A program made the position numbers and the translations under genes. Shown here piece by piece: positions 13,611-27,900 of a stretch of 64,000 nt of DNA. Within the stretch, counting starts at the first letter, position 1; each line of letters begins with the position of its first letter. Location: the NCBI RefSeq assembly GCF_009914755.1, contig NC_060928.1; one strand, written 5' to 3'. Under the pieces are notes generated by a model. That model was given only the letters and a program-made list of their open reading frames with translations, searched no databases and was not told the DNA's origin. This DNA comes from the human T2T-CHM13v2.0 reference genome, Homo sapiens.

Positions 13611-15603
13611 TGTTCTAAATAAATAAGGATAACAAATTATATTTTCATTTAGTGCTTTTTAATAAAAACTAAAATTAAGCTAACCAGGAAAAGTTTATAT
13701 GAGTTTTTTTACAATTGTATAGAACATAAGATGTTGGCTGTATCATACTGAAAAAAACACAGACTAAGCAGTCCAGGAAGTACATTGTAAGAATTACTAT
13801 TTTTAGATTAGTATACATGTTTTAAAAATTCTTTTTTTCTTATTGCTTTTCACATGTTCCGTGTTGTCATATATTACAGTAATAATTTTCAGATTTAGGG
13901 TATATCTTACAAGCTAGACCATTGGAGTTGCAGGCTCATGCTTAGCTATGTGAATTTGGTCCTAACATAATTACTTGCTATTATGCCCTTGACTTTCTTG
14001 AGGGATATTCTAAGATGCTGCTGGGACATTTACTCTTGTATTTATGTAGAAATGTTTTTGAAGACATTATGCACTGTTTTCTCATGTGGCCTCTCAGGCA
14101 GATGCACTCTCTACTGCAGCGTCAGGGAAAAAAATGTGTTTTTCCTGGATAGCTGGTATGTTTTAATATCAAAGACAGAACATGTTTTCTCTTTGCCAAG
14201 AACACAACTAAATTTATAGTTCACCTCTTACTTGGGACAAGGCTTACTGTGAATGAATAACCCTTAACCTTCACCACAAGTTACTTACCTATTTATTTAT
14301 GTATCCTGTTGTATAAAACACATTTCCTTAAACTACCTAGAATCATTTCTGCATCCAATAACACATTGTATAAATACCATACAACTTGCTCATCCTCCCG
14401 CCCATGGGGCCTCGTATTCTCATTACAGTTTACTGCTAACAATGACATCACACTTTCTATAGGCCTTTGCCTTCCTTAAAGCAGCAGGCCATGTGTATCC
14501 CAGGAGTGATACACACTTCCTTTTTACCACAGGCTCTACATTGAGATCCATATCTACATGTATACCATCGACACACACGCTTGACACTCACTAACTCTTT
14601 CCTGTATGCCAAGTAACTGTCCAGAAGAAACCCAACTTTCTGTGTCTTAACAGACTGTTTGGTTGCTAAAGATGGCGACAGATCAAAATAGAAGCACTTA
14701 GTATTTGAACCGTGTTACGTTGGCAGCCTGAGATCCGATCTAAGGAATCTACACTTTCCTCATGTTTGTAATATTTTTCTCAGGCCCCAGAAATAATGTT
14801 AATGAATGGGTTTTCCTCTAACTCATATCGTATCTTCTTCAAGGTCGTTTCTAAAACAATACTTTCTTTTACTATCAGAAACAAATAATGCAATAAGGAG
14901 ACACTTTTACTAATGGAAAAAAGTTGACTTTACATGTCAAGAACATAGACTTTTTTGGAAGGGGATGGAGTAGGAAGGCAAGGTAGACTAGGAAAATTAG
15001 ATGCTAGGAGGTAACAGTGTGCCTCTATATTTAAAGTAAATATTTGTGTTTTATTTTTATTTTTATTTTTATTTTTTTTAAAGACAGAGCAGCTATCCCC
15101 AGAGCAGCCTGCCTGGCAAAAGCAGGAATGGAAGGGCTGAACGCATCTTTTATGGAAGTCAGATAAATTTCATGCTCTTTAACATCGACTCTGACTGCAG
15201 GCCTTTCGCTGCAGTCTGGCTCCTTCCCCAGTGGGAACAAAAAAGGAAAAGTGATTAAAGTTCCCTCAGTAATAGACAGCAGGAGGCAGTGGTCTTGGCA
15301 TCTTCTACAGAGACAGAGAGAGAGTGCTTTAACAAGACTTGCGAGAGTTCTTTGAAGAAAAGAAGTTAAGACTGGAAGGGCTGGTCGAGGTCCGCTGTAA
15401 CATTTGTTCATTTCCTCTACTTCATATAGCTTATTTGACTTCTTGGAATAGCGTCACCCTCTTCGTTAAAATGTCCCTGATAAAAGGAGGAAAGTGAAGT
15501 TGAGCTCCTGGCCGGGGCCAGGGTTCAGCATGTTCTACTGTGAGTAGGAGTGTTTGGAACTTGATTATTGTAAGACATTCCAACTGATACAAATGATAAC
15601 TAA

Positions 15604-15760
15604 ATCTCTCTCTCTCTCTTTCTCTTTCTCTGTGTGTGTTTGTGTGTGTGTGTGTAAATCTCTCACTCTCTGTGTGTGTGTGTGCTTGTGTGTGTGAGAG
15701 AGAGAGAGACAGACAGACACACAAAATGTGAATGAATGAAGGAAGGAAGGAAGGAAGGAA
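15604..15760. repeat. Compound microsatellite (TC)n(TG)n twice, then (GA)n(GACA)n(GAAG)n
   Basis: Directly visible; the TAAATCTCTC..TGTGTG block occurs twice. Confidence 0.92.
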
Positions 15761-17874
15761 TACAGGAGAGAAATTTTTCTGTATGTTAGGTGGCTGCGAT
15801 TTTGGCTGGCCAAAACTGCCTTTTGCCTTCGGTGAACTGGCTAGAGCTGCTCACTACAACCCCTCCCCATCCCCTAGGACAAAACCACTGGACCTTTCTC
15901 TCTTTTTGTCTCTCTCTTTAAAAAGACAGAAAGGAAAATAAGGTTTGCAATCAGTATTCAGACATTCTTATGACTAATAGGATTAGGGGCGTTACGAAGG
16001 GATTTGAACAAGATAATTAGTTTACTGCTTAGTCCACAGTGAAGCAAGAAAAATACTTCTGAGAAAAGGCAGACAAAATAGGTCAGAAAATGTGTGGGAA
16101 ATGAGGTAAGACCTCTCAACAAGGACCACGATCAACTGGAATATTATGAAAGGACTCCTGAGCCTTCATTCATAGCTGCAGACTGTCTGCCTTTTTTTTT
16201 TTTTTTTTAATACTTGGCCACCAGAGGTGTGAAGCAAAGTGACTTACTTAATTTTAGAGTTAATAGGTGTTGTTCCTGGACCCTGAGTATCCTGTTCCAA
16301 GTGCATAAATGCTGCCTTCAAAGTATTTCTCACAACGTGATGTAAGGGGAATGTTTTGGAAAATCTGAAGAGCTCTTATCGGGCATTTTACAAGCTGGAA
16401 AAAATTATACAATTAGGAGAACTCTTTAAAAACTAAAATTTTCTTGAATAGATTCATTACTTTAATTGCAAAAATAAATCTTGAAAACATAAATGTGAGG
16501 GGTGTGTTCTTTGCTTAATTAAAGTACTTAAGTGTTTGTGCTCTAATTTGCACAGTTTTCACTGCGGTAGAATATGCTTAAGAAGAATCATTTGAATTTT
16601 AAAAATTCACAAAGATGATATTTTTTTCCTTCATAGCCACATTACATTCTCACACTTCCTCCTCCACTTCCTAAAAGCTAGTGCTGTCAACTGTACTGTT
16701 GCTATCTGTGAGTTAAGGTATGCTTCCAAAGGAATGCTAGAAAAAAAAAATACCTTCAAACTCTGTGTATGTGTATACCACATACTTTATTTAGTTAGCT
16801 TCTGAATCTTACAGCAACCACCAGCCAGATGAAAGCCACTAGAAGCTGTTAGAATGCCTTTGGCTTGGTATGGGCACTGTGTTGACTTAAGACTGGTAGA
16901 GGAAACAGTCGGCATTTCTGCCTAATGAACTACCGAGTGACACAACAGAGGTGGCCTTTCATTATCTATCTGTGGGTGAAAGGTTAACTGACAAGAGAAC
17001 TTGTTAGACACAAAAGCAATTAAACCCTATAATAACATATTGTTAACATATGACATAATGATTAACTTAAATAAAGAAGCCCAGATACATGTTTTCAGAT
17101 TCCCGGAGTGTGGTGTGTTTATATTCCTGTCTCCCATTTAGAATGGTAGGCTGCACAGTGTTGGACAAGATACATTGCATATTCTTTTCATGTCACAATA
17201 AAACGTCATGTTATTTTCCTTCTGTAAATATACGAAGCTATTTTTTGCCATTGTATCCTGAGACTGTGGTTTAGTTTTAGGAAACAGTTTGAAACTAACC
17301 TCTTAAAAAGGGAATAGTAATTCAGGGCCATGTTCTGTTGGTGGGCAAGTTACTCCCTGAACAAAGGTGCCCAACCAGCCAGTGAGTTTTTAACTCTGGT
17401 TTTCCCTCTGTTTGCAGAATCATCTTTGCAATTTATCTGCCTCTTCGTAATTAACTCACACATGCTCTATATACTATGGTGGATTTTAAGTTATAGGTAC
17501 TCATCTTTAATTACTGTGAGTGATACATACGTTTAGAGGGTCAAGTTCCCTAAAAGACTAATTCTGACCCCCCCAAATCTTTCTATTAATAGATGGTTTT
17601 AGAAAGATTTTTTTAAAGCTTCACTTAGTGAAGACTCAGGACATAAAATTTGCTTATCTAAAATTTTAATTGAATTAAAAGGTTCTAGACTCCCTTTAGG
17701 ATAAAGCTTTGTGTCCCATTTGGAGAAATACTAATATGAATAACAGTGTTTCTGATCTCCAGGGAATGGCCGTCATCGGGGGAAGGCAGGTACCGACCCT
17801 AAAGGGTATGACACAGCACAGGTTGGGATGCATGCAGGGAGTGGGAAGAAGTGAAATACGAAAATGGGGAAGGA

Positions 17875-18175
17875 GGCTGGGCGTGGAGGCTCACACCTGT
17901 AATCCCAGCACTTTGGGAGGCCAAGGCCAGCAGATCACGTGAGGTCGGGAGTTTGAGACCAGCCTGACCAACATGGAGAACCCTATCTCTACTAAAAATA
18001 CAAAATTAGCTGGGCGTGGTGGCGCATGCCTGTAATCCCAGCTACTCAGGAGGCTGAGGCAGGAGAATCACTTGAACCCGGGAGGCAGAGGTTGTGGTGA
18101 GCCAAGATCGCACCACTGCACCTCCAGCTTGGGCAACAAGAGCGAAACTCTGTCTCAAAAAAAGAAAAAGAAGAA
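17875..18175 (+). mobile_element. Full-length Alu, AluSp-like
   Basis: GAGGTCGGGAG, CTGACCAACATGGAGAA and GCAACAAGAGCGAAACTC diagnostics; TSD GAAAATGGGGAAGG at 17860 and 18176. Confidence 0.95.
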
Positions 18176-18199
18176 GAAAATGGGGAAGGGATGGCTTTT

Positions 18200-19620
18200 A
18201 TAGTGTCTCAGGAAAATTGCACTTCACCATTAAAACAAGAAAAGAGTCTTACGACTACAGGTAGATGAGCAGAAAATGTTGAGGGGTATGGGGACAGTGG
18301 AAAGTATTTTCAGTAAATGGTTGGAATGGATCATAGATGGAAACTGGCAAGATATAAGTGGAAACGTAGGTAGATGTTTTAATTGGGGGCTGAACCATAG
18401 AGATTTGAAGAAATAAATAGGAACTAGAAAGTCTGTTTAGAAAGCTAATATGGTAGCCCAGGGGAAATGTGATAAGGCCTGACCAAGAGGAGTGATGGTT
18501 GAAATGCAAAGAAATGTATGAAAGCAAGGTGCATGTCAAAGTTATCTAAATTCCAAAAATTGAGAACATATGGCATATAGAATTATCTTCCACATATTTG
18601 CTTACCACTGTACCATGAGAATATTTCCATATTATTCATTATTTATAGAATTATTAATTTAGTTACTGATGGTACTGAACTACAATCTACATATCCTATC
18701 TTCTATTAGTGGACATTTAACTTGTTTTATACATTTATTAAAATAAAAAGTTTTTTTGCTCATAAAAATGTTTGGCAACATTGCTCCTTATTTTCTTGGG
18801 CTAAATTCCTGAGATCATTCATTCACTTTTTCACTCATTAGTTGTGAGAAAGTGCTGTATGTGCAACCTTTTGCTAGGGAAAGGATTATAAATGCTCTCT
18901 GGAGTGTAGGTGGCTACAATTTCTAGTTGGTATGACAACCAGTGGTCCTTGCACACAGCAGATATTGATTGATCCCCTGCATTCAAGGCACTATCCTTAA
19001 CTCCACTGGGAGAAAAATTAAAAACATATGGTCTTGGACTTCAAGGAGTTTGCAGTTTAATAAGACAGTACAATTTAATAATAAAATGAGTATGGCTAAG
19101 AGAATACATGCTTAAGGCTTTTGAGATTAGTGTTAAAAAAACTGTAATTAAATGAGTGTAGTTCAAAGGATAGTGCTGTAAGATTTTAGAGAAGGGACTA
19201 AACATCATGGACTGGAGTGGTTGAGAAGGGCCACATTGAATTGGCTCTGGAAAAAACAGACATGCCTTCATTTAGTACAGGACAGGAAATTTCGTTTAGT
19301 GCAGGCGAAGGAAATTTCATATGAAAAGAACATGAATAAAATCTTAAGAAATTTTCCTAGAAAGTTTTTATTTGAAGAATAACAGGGTGTTGACTCTAGC
19401 TAGATCAGAGCATTCCAAATGAAGTCATAGGTGTAAGCAAATAGGTAAAAATGGATTGTGGCATGCCTAGAAGGTCAGGCTAAATGTTAACTTTATCCTG
19501 TCATGAAAAGTCGACCAATGTAGATATTGTGCAGATAAATTTAACTTGCATTTGTGGGATGACTAGGAGTACATGTGAGGATTTATAAAGGTCTGAATTA
19601 TAGAGTGAATTAAAGAGTTG
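18200..19620 (-). mobile_element. Mosaic of old L2 fragments with a possible L1ME piece (~18580-18810)
   Basis: Antisense L2-like phrases (CATTCATTCA.., CTTCAAGGAGTTTGCAGTTTAAT); ATTAGTGGACATTTAACTTGTTT is L1M-like. Confidence 0.45.
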
Positions 19621-20274
19621 AATACAAGATAGTTTTTGAATGAGTGAGTGAATGAGCTGATGTTTACTGAGTGCCTGCCTTGTACCAGGCTATGTGCCAT
19701 GCTTCTTACAAAGTATAATGCACTCAGTTGAACTTAGTCAATTTTGTTACCTTGGAATCTTCTTGAATTTGGTAAACATCCAAAAGACAAAAGTCCAGAT
19801 GTTGTAAGACTTCAGTTAAGTAGATTATCAGAAACAATTATTTTCCAGAGTAAAGGATTAAGAATCAAAATAATAAGATTACTCTCCTTGCACAAAATCT
19901 GCAGTAACTTCCCCCAAAGTCACACTACCTCTTTAAACATACAATCTAAGTAAAAACTATATGCTTGTTAGGCAAACAGTGCTTCAGTACATGTACCTAG
20001 CCTGCTTCCTTCTACCGTATTTCCATGGCTAGGCCTCTAATGTATAGAAAATCTGGAGTCATCCCAGGTGAGGGCCACCAGGCCATGTGTTTTCCGGAAT
20101 TTCCTAGATTTGAGGATGCTCTAAATTTTAAGACCACTGTAATATGAAATCTGTAAGCATCAAAACTTATTACCCAGAGTGGCTTGCTTACTGGAAAATG
20201 TTGCACTTTTTAGGGTATTTGTCTTCGATTTTATCAACATAAAACATCAAATTAATTCAAATCACGTATTTAGA

Positions 20275-20494
20275 TTGAGGTCTACAAACTGTAACCTAAA
20301 GTGAAATCCAGCCTTTTTCCTGGATTTGTAAATAAAGTTAAATTGGAACACAGCAACAGTAATTTCTTCATGAGTAGTTGATGACTGCTTTCAAGGTACA
20401 ACCATGAAGCGGAGAAATTGCTACAAAAATATGGCCTGCAAAGCCTAGCATATTTACTGTCTGGCCCTTTTCAGAAAAACTTTGCTGACCTTTG
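20275..20494 (-). mobile_element. MER58A hAT-Charlie DNA transposon
   Basis: TTTGTAAATAAAGTT..TTGGAACACAGC..GGCCTGCAAAGCCTA..ATATTTACTGTCTGGCCCTTT..AGAAAAACTTTGCTGACC; degenerate TIRs; ATTTAGA/ATTTAGG flanks. Confidence 0.88.
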
Positions 20495-20619
20495 ATTTAG
20501 GGGCAAGATAATTTTGTTGCACTCTTTTGGTCATGATCAATAATACTTAAATTGATGAGTAACAGCCTCCTTTGTAAAACTAGGCAAAGTCCAAAAATTA
20601 GAGGGAATGGAAAATGCAA

Positions 20620-20725
20620 ACTATTCAATCACCACAGAGTTAGTTACAAGGATTAATGAGATAACATATGTAAAACATTTAGAAAATTGCTTGGAATGCA
20701 GTAAGCACTTAATAAATGTAAGCAT
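20620..20725 (+). mobile_element. MIR 3' part
   Basis: GGATTAATGAGATAACATATGTAAAACATTTAGAA..CAGTAAGCACTTAATAAATGT. Confidence 0.7.
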
Positions 20726-21001
20726 TTTGTCTCATTCACTTAGTGATCTCATATAATTTCTTGATTTTTAATTCTGTAATGACTCCCAAATTTATCTTTA
20801 GTCAGGACCTGCTCTCTAAAATCCAGACTCATATACCATTGCCTCCCCCGCATCTCCATTTGGATGTCTGCTCGGCAGAATCTCCATCTTAACATGTGCA
20901 AAACTGAATTTCTGGTGCCATCTCCCAAGCTGGCTTCTCCTGCAAATTTCCTTCTCATGAATGTCATCCTCTCCTTGTTGAAGGCAAAAAACTAGGAGTC
21001 A

Positions 21002-21298
21002 GGTCAGATGCAGTGGCTCACACCTGTATTCTTAACACTTTAGGAGGCCAAGGCCTGAGGATCACTTGAGCCCAGGAGTTTGAGACCAGCCTGGGCAACA
21101 TAGGGAGACCCTGTCTCTACAAAAAAATTAAAAATTATCTGTGTGTCGATGTGTGCCTCTGGGGTCCCAGCACCCAGAGAAGCTGGGGTGGGAGGATCAC
21201 CTAAGCCAGGAAGGTAGAGGCTGCAGTGAGCCATGATCACAGCACTGCATCCCAGCCTGGGTGACAGAGTGAGACCTTATCTTATAAAAACCCAAAAC
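21002..21298 (+). mobile_element. AluJ
   Basis: GATCACTTGAGCCCAGGAG, CTGGGCAACATAGGGAGACCC and GGCTGCAGTGAGCCATGATC diagnostics. Confidence 0.92.
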
Positions 21299-21299
21299 A

Positions 21300-21619
<320 letters not shown>

Positions 21620-21903
21620 TTATCCTTGACTCCCCTCTTTACCTCATACCCCATGCCCAATTCTGAAGCTAGTCCTGAATACTCTACATTCACAATATAT
21701 CCAGAATCATTTCTCAACATCTCCATTGCCTGATTCAAGCTACCTACAGCACTCACCCCGTTTCTGGAATACTCTCTTTTCTGGTCTTTCTACTTCCAAT
21801 TTACCTCCCTTCTTATGATTCTCCAAACAGTATCCAGGGTGATCCTGTTTAAAACATAAGTTAGACCATGTTACCACTCTGCTCATAACTTTGCAGTTGC
21901 CTC

Positions 21904-22267
21904 TGTATTAGTCCATTTTCATGGTGTTGATAAAGACATATCCAACACTGGGCAATTTACACAAGAAAGGTTTATTGGACTTACAGTTCCACATGGCTGG
22001 GGAGGCCTCACAATCATGGCAGAAGGCAAGGAGGAGTAAGTCACATCTTACGTGAATGGCCACAGGCAAAGAGAGAGTTTGTGTGGCGAAATTCCCATTT
22101 TTAAAACCATCAGATCTCGTGAGACCCATTCACAATCATGAAAACAGTACAGGAAAGACCCACTCCCATGATTCAATCATCTCCCACTGGTTCCCTCCCA
22201 TAACACATGGGAATTATGGGAGCTACAAGATGAGATTTGGGTGGGGACACAGAGCCAAACCATATCA
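21904..22267 (-). mobile_element. THE1 (THE1A-like) MaLR solo LTR
   Basis: TGTATTAGTCC...GGGACACAGAGCCAAACCATATCA termini; 5-bp TSD GCCTC/GCCTT. Confidence 0.93.
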
Positions 22268-22911
22268 GCCTTCAAGCAGCCTACTGGCTCCCACACCAGC
22301 CCTTACCTTGATCTTGGCTCCCACAGTCTCCCTGAATTCCCCCTCTGATTTCATTTCCTGCTGTTAACTCTCTGATCTCTCTGTTCAACAACACTTGCCC
22401 CCTTTCTGTTATCACAACATGTCAGGAATATTTCCACCCTGGGGCCTTTGCACTGGCCATTCGTTCTGTCTAGAATATTCTTCCCTATGCAATGTGCTAC
22501 CTACTTAATGCGGTTTATGTGTCATTTTCCAGATGTCATCACTGCTGACAAGTCTATATAAAATTATATTCCTTCAACCCCTTATTTTATATTCACCTTC
22601 CCTGTGTTTCTCTCCATAGTTTCTTATTGTCTGACATACTATATTGTTTACTTATCTGCTGTTGTCTCTCTTCTCTCATTAGAATGTTAGCTCTGTAAGG
22701 GCAAGTCTTAACAGCTATTTCCCCAAAAAATAGAGCAGGGCGTTGCACATGAAATGTACTTAATAAATATTTCTTGGATGAGTTATTATTTCCTTTGTCA
22801 TTTTCAGGAAGCTTTAATTGAACATTTACTATGTTTTAAACACAGTTCCGAGGTATTAATTATATCTTACATGTAAGACACATAGAGGTGAAATGCCTTG
22901 GTCTAGGCCAT

Positions 22912-23368
22912 TGTATTACTTTGCTAGACGTTCCATAACAAAGCACAATAAGCTTTGTAACTTAAACAAAAGAAATTTATTGTCTCACAGTTCTGGAGTC
23001 TGAAGTCCAAGATCAAGGTGTCCACAGGGTTGTCTCCTTCTGAGGGCTTGGAGGAGGACTCTGTCCTATGCCTCTCTCTTAGCTGCTGGTGGTTTGCCAG
23101 CAATCTGTGGTCTTCCTTGGCTCATAGAAAAATAATTTCAATTTCTGCCTTCATCTTCATGTGATGTTCTGTCTGTGGTATCTGGCTCTGTGTCCGAATT
23201 ATCCCATTTTATAAGGACACCGATAATATCGGATTAAGGCCCACCCTAATGACCTTGTTTTGACTTGATTACTTCTGCAAAGACCCATTTAAATAAGGAG
23301 ATACGGGGAGAGCAAGTCAAGTGATGTGAATTGGGAGGTGTGAGGGGAGCACAATTCCATTTATCATA
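22912..23368 (-). mobile_element. MLT1C-like MaLR solo LTR inserted in a MIR
   Basis: AGAAATTTATTGTCTCACAGTTCTGGAG..AAGTCCAAGATCAAGGTG..GGCCCACCCTAATGACC; perfect TSD GCCAT at 22907-22911 and 23369-23373. Confidence 0.9.
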
Positions 23369-25153
23369 GCCATTGACTTCATTAATGGTAGGCCTTTGAT
23401 TCAAACTTGGATTCTAAAACTCACAATCTACTAATATCTGAACCCGTACAAAGATTTAGTAATATGTATTAAGTGCCTGCTTTGTGCTGTGAACTCCGTT
23501 AAGAACCATAGATAAATAGAGTTCAGCTCCTGCCCTTGAGGAACTCACCACATAGCAGGAGAAAAAGACATCATAGAGTTAAGACCTATTGACTTAAAAG
23601 CACACAGAAAGCAGATCACTTGCCATTTTTAATTATATAAAGTTTTCCATCTATTAGGTTTATTTTGCCAAAGCCTTCTAATGAAATAGTTACACCATTT
23701 AATTTAAATTTCAGTGGGGTTGCCAGAAGTGCAATTAATTGTTAAAAGTTCCAACTATGAAATTTTGCTTTGGAAAGCAGTCTGCCGTATCTTTATATAC
23801 CATTAAATTTGATCATATGCTTGTCATTCTGGCAGAACATCTTGATATACTTGAAGAAACATAGTTAGGGGAAATAAAAAAAAAATTGTTGGTACTACAC
23901 TGTAGGGTTTCCAAATACAAATGTTAGCATGATTGGGTTATACCAATTCATCATTACGTTGCATTTCCCTGGAGTTGAAACTACATCTGGGCTTGGCAGG
24001 GATGCATTATCACCAGTCAGAGTGGGGACCATGTGTCAGTCTCTCAAAGAAGATATATGGTCTTGTGTACCATTAGGATTGGATATGCTTATGTTGCAGA
24101 CTTTAAATCAACTTCTGAATCCTTTCTACAGATGTTGACTGCTGCAGGTCTGTAAATAGCACAGTATATTCTGAACTTCAGCTGATATATACGGCCCTAA
24201 AAAAAAAGCAACACTGAGATACACGGCAATAGAAAACAACGCAATGAATAAAAATGGGACAGCTCCAAATTTGCTGAAATAATCTCATCTGTTTAATGAC
24301 ATTGTTTAAACAAAATTACCTCTGAATTTGAAGTTGCCATTTTCTCAGATCAGTGTGGAATTGTAGTAATTTTAAAATTCTAGAAGTTTCTTTTGTAACC
24401 TTTATTATTTGATATGTATTGGATTTATTTGTAAGATGTCAATAGATTCCATTTCTTAAATATCCAACTAGAAAGCATTTAATTGTTCTTTTAACATTTG
24501 CGAGTGTGGTGGGCATAATTTTTAAGAGACTCACCTATTGAGGAGTCATCGTACCCAAACACTGATGACCAGGCCTTTACAAAGCATTTTGGCCTTTATT
24601 TACATTCTGGGTACAAGATTTTTCACTGCAATTAAAACTATAACCCCAACTTCACTGAATTATCTTTCTGTTACCAAGACTTTTTATTCAGAGCCACAAC
24701 GGGATTAAATGAAAATGACCGAAGCCTCCAAAAAAAAAAAAAATTCCTTCATAAACAGCAAACTTTTAACTAATACACAATGTGCTTTTAATACTGACTT
24801 TAAATCCTCCCTCAACCAGGAACTCGTGAAAACATGTGGTCAGTGTGGCAAAAGGGAACTGCTGGGTCCTGATTTAGTTGACATTCTCTTTTTTTACAAC
24901 CTGGATTTTATATCATTCACTGATGCCTTTCTTTAAGCTCATACATTTCGTGCTTGTGGCACAGGATACTGTTTTCTTAACATCAAATCTTTATGGCACT
25001 GGCAAAAAATTTTCAATCTCCTACTTAAATTTGGTTCAACTACACAGTTTCACTATAGCCAACAGTTTGTCTGGATAAGCTTGCTTGCCCCCAGTGTGGA
25101 TTTGCTGCAAAATAATGACTGCATTAAGCTGAGGAACGTGTTCCCTCATCCAA

Positions 25154-25184
25154 TCTCTCTCTCTCTCTCTCGCCCCCCCCCACT

Positions 25185-25222
<38 letters not shown>
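25154..25222. repeat. (CT)n microsatellite interrupted by a C run
   Basis: Directly visible. Confidence 0.9.
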
Positions 25223-25223
<1 letters not shown>

Positions 25224-25906
25224 ACCCAGCCATCCCAGATCCAACCCGCACTTGCAAAAATACATACATACACACAGTATGCAAACACATACCCATAGTC
25301 AGCACCCTTTCTGTCTTTCTGAGTTAAGGCTGTGATGGCCCTTGGGGTTTGCTCGGAAACAGTCACTTCCAAGATCCAGAAAGGCTTTGTAAACATGGGT
25401 CCTACCTGCACACAAGTCAGACTGTGATCATTCCCTTGTAGATTATCAAACATTCCATCTACTATACAGCAGCCCAGAACTTTATACTTTAACCATTTTA
25501 TTCTCACTCTATGAGGTCTATAAAGTATTTTTACTGGGGAAAAAACATTATCTATGTAATTATCATGACCTATGCAAAATTTAGCCTAATAAGAGAGCCC
25601 AACACATATTTTTTTAAAGTAATTTTAATAAAACAAGAATATGGTAGCTACAATAAAAAACATTTAATCAAGGTATGAATAGATTGCTGTGTGAGAACAG
25701 AAAGAAAAATATAAATGTTATAGTTGGGGGTAGGAGAGGAAAAAGGTTGGGGAAAGGCAAACTGGGTTCAAATGAGATCTTGGTGAGTTTCTGTTTCTCC
25801 ACCAATGGAGAACAGATTGCGGTGGTGGGCAGGAAGGCAAGGGAGTGTGTACAAGGCTCCTTGCCAGGTGAGGGAGGCAGAGTGCGTTTAGAAAGGGGGA
25901 CTGGTT

Positions 25907-26404
<498 letters not shown>

Positions 26405-27169
26405 TTACCTTGAGAGTAAAGACGAAAGACTGGGAGGCCTTGCTCTATTGCCAGCAAACTCTATGGAATTTTCCTTTCAGTTGGAAGGCTAAAGTTTCAC
26501 ATCTACTTAATATGTTTCTACGGAGTGTTTAGATGTGTTTTAGATTGAGAGTTTTTCAGATGAGGAAGATGACTAAGTAAAATAAATGAAAGAGAAAATT
26601 TTGCTATTTCATAGTGAAATAGAAAAGGGCTTTTTTCCCCCTTTTGCTAGTAGTTTAAAAGTGACGAGAATAAGTCACATGAATACAAATCTTAAAACTG
26701 AATAGAATTTTGTTTCTCATAGGTCATATCATGCCTGGGAAATCTCCAAGTTCTTTATGGCAATATATCAGGGAATGCAGTGACATTTTCAGCATATACT
26801 GTTGCCATTATTTGTGTGTGCATATGTGTAGCTTTGGTGATTAGAAAGTCTTTTATTAAAAGATGAAGTGTGGGGTATGGCACAAAGGATTTACTTTGCC
26901 TCATAAAAAGGCTACTGGAATTTTGACTTACATTTTACTGTGTGCAGACACAAGCAGACTGGATTTAATTTCTTTCCACATGAGAGATAGCTAACTTCTT
27001 GGAACAGGCACAGGCTTACAATATTTCTCTGGGACAAAACCTTGAGGACTAAAAGTTCAAGGGATTGGTGCTTTAGGGGACAAGGCATGGAAATGATACA
27101 TTTTCTCATAAACTTTAAATTCATTTTGGCCCAAGCAGATAACTTTTAGCTCAGGGCACTTGGGTTTAT

Positions 27170-27900
27170 TAGTCATTCATTCATTCATCACAAGTTTATT
27201 GAACCATAGCTGAAGTATCAAGTCACCAGCTATTAGCAGAGGAGAAAATCTAAAAAAAAAAAAAAAAAAAAAAAAAAAGAGTAATTTGGAACTAGACCAG
27301 GAATGGCTTTATAACAATGATTACCTTGTATGGATTGAACACTTACTAAGTACCAAGCGGTCTTAGGTGCTGGAAATATTTATTTTAGAAATTATCCTGG
27401 AATGTTTGAGCTTAACTATAGCCTTGAAAGTAAATGAGATAACTTAATAACTTCTGAAGAGCCTCATCATGTAATAATTTCCCTGGAGAAGAAGAACAAG
27501 ATGTTAGATTGAAATGGACCACTCAGCATGGCGTAAGAACCAGGAGACACAGCCAGAGATTCAAGGAGGAGAAAGGAGTCAAAATGACAGATGCTGGATT
27601 GAAAAGTCTACTGGTTTGGCAGGTACAATACCATTTGACTAGAAAGGAGAAAAGAAATACGAGTTAAACAAATGCTGGAAGGGGTATGTATTAATATGCA
27701 CTCAAAGGATGTTATCCTTGGAGAGGAGGGTACCTGGGACAAAGATTACTGTGGATATTATAGATACTAATACAGAGGTGGAAAGAAGGAAAGGCTCCTT
27801 CCTAGAGGGTTTCCATTTTCTGAGTTGAGAAGACAGACTTAACTTTCCTAGACTCGAGGCTAAGCATAGATTGGGACGCTTGAAAAGAATGATAAAATGA
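27170..27900 (-). mobile_element. Degraded L2/MIR fragments with an A27 run (27252-27278)
   Basis: TCATTCATTCATTCATCACAAGTTTATTGA L2 tail; purine-rich antisense L2-like text. Confidence 0.45.

Noticed and set aside
16215-16233. CTCF-like TGGCCACCAGAGGTGTGA
   Set aside because: Mismatches at the highly constrained GGC positions of the core motif.
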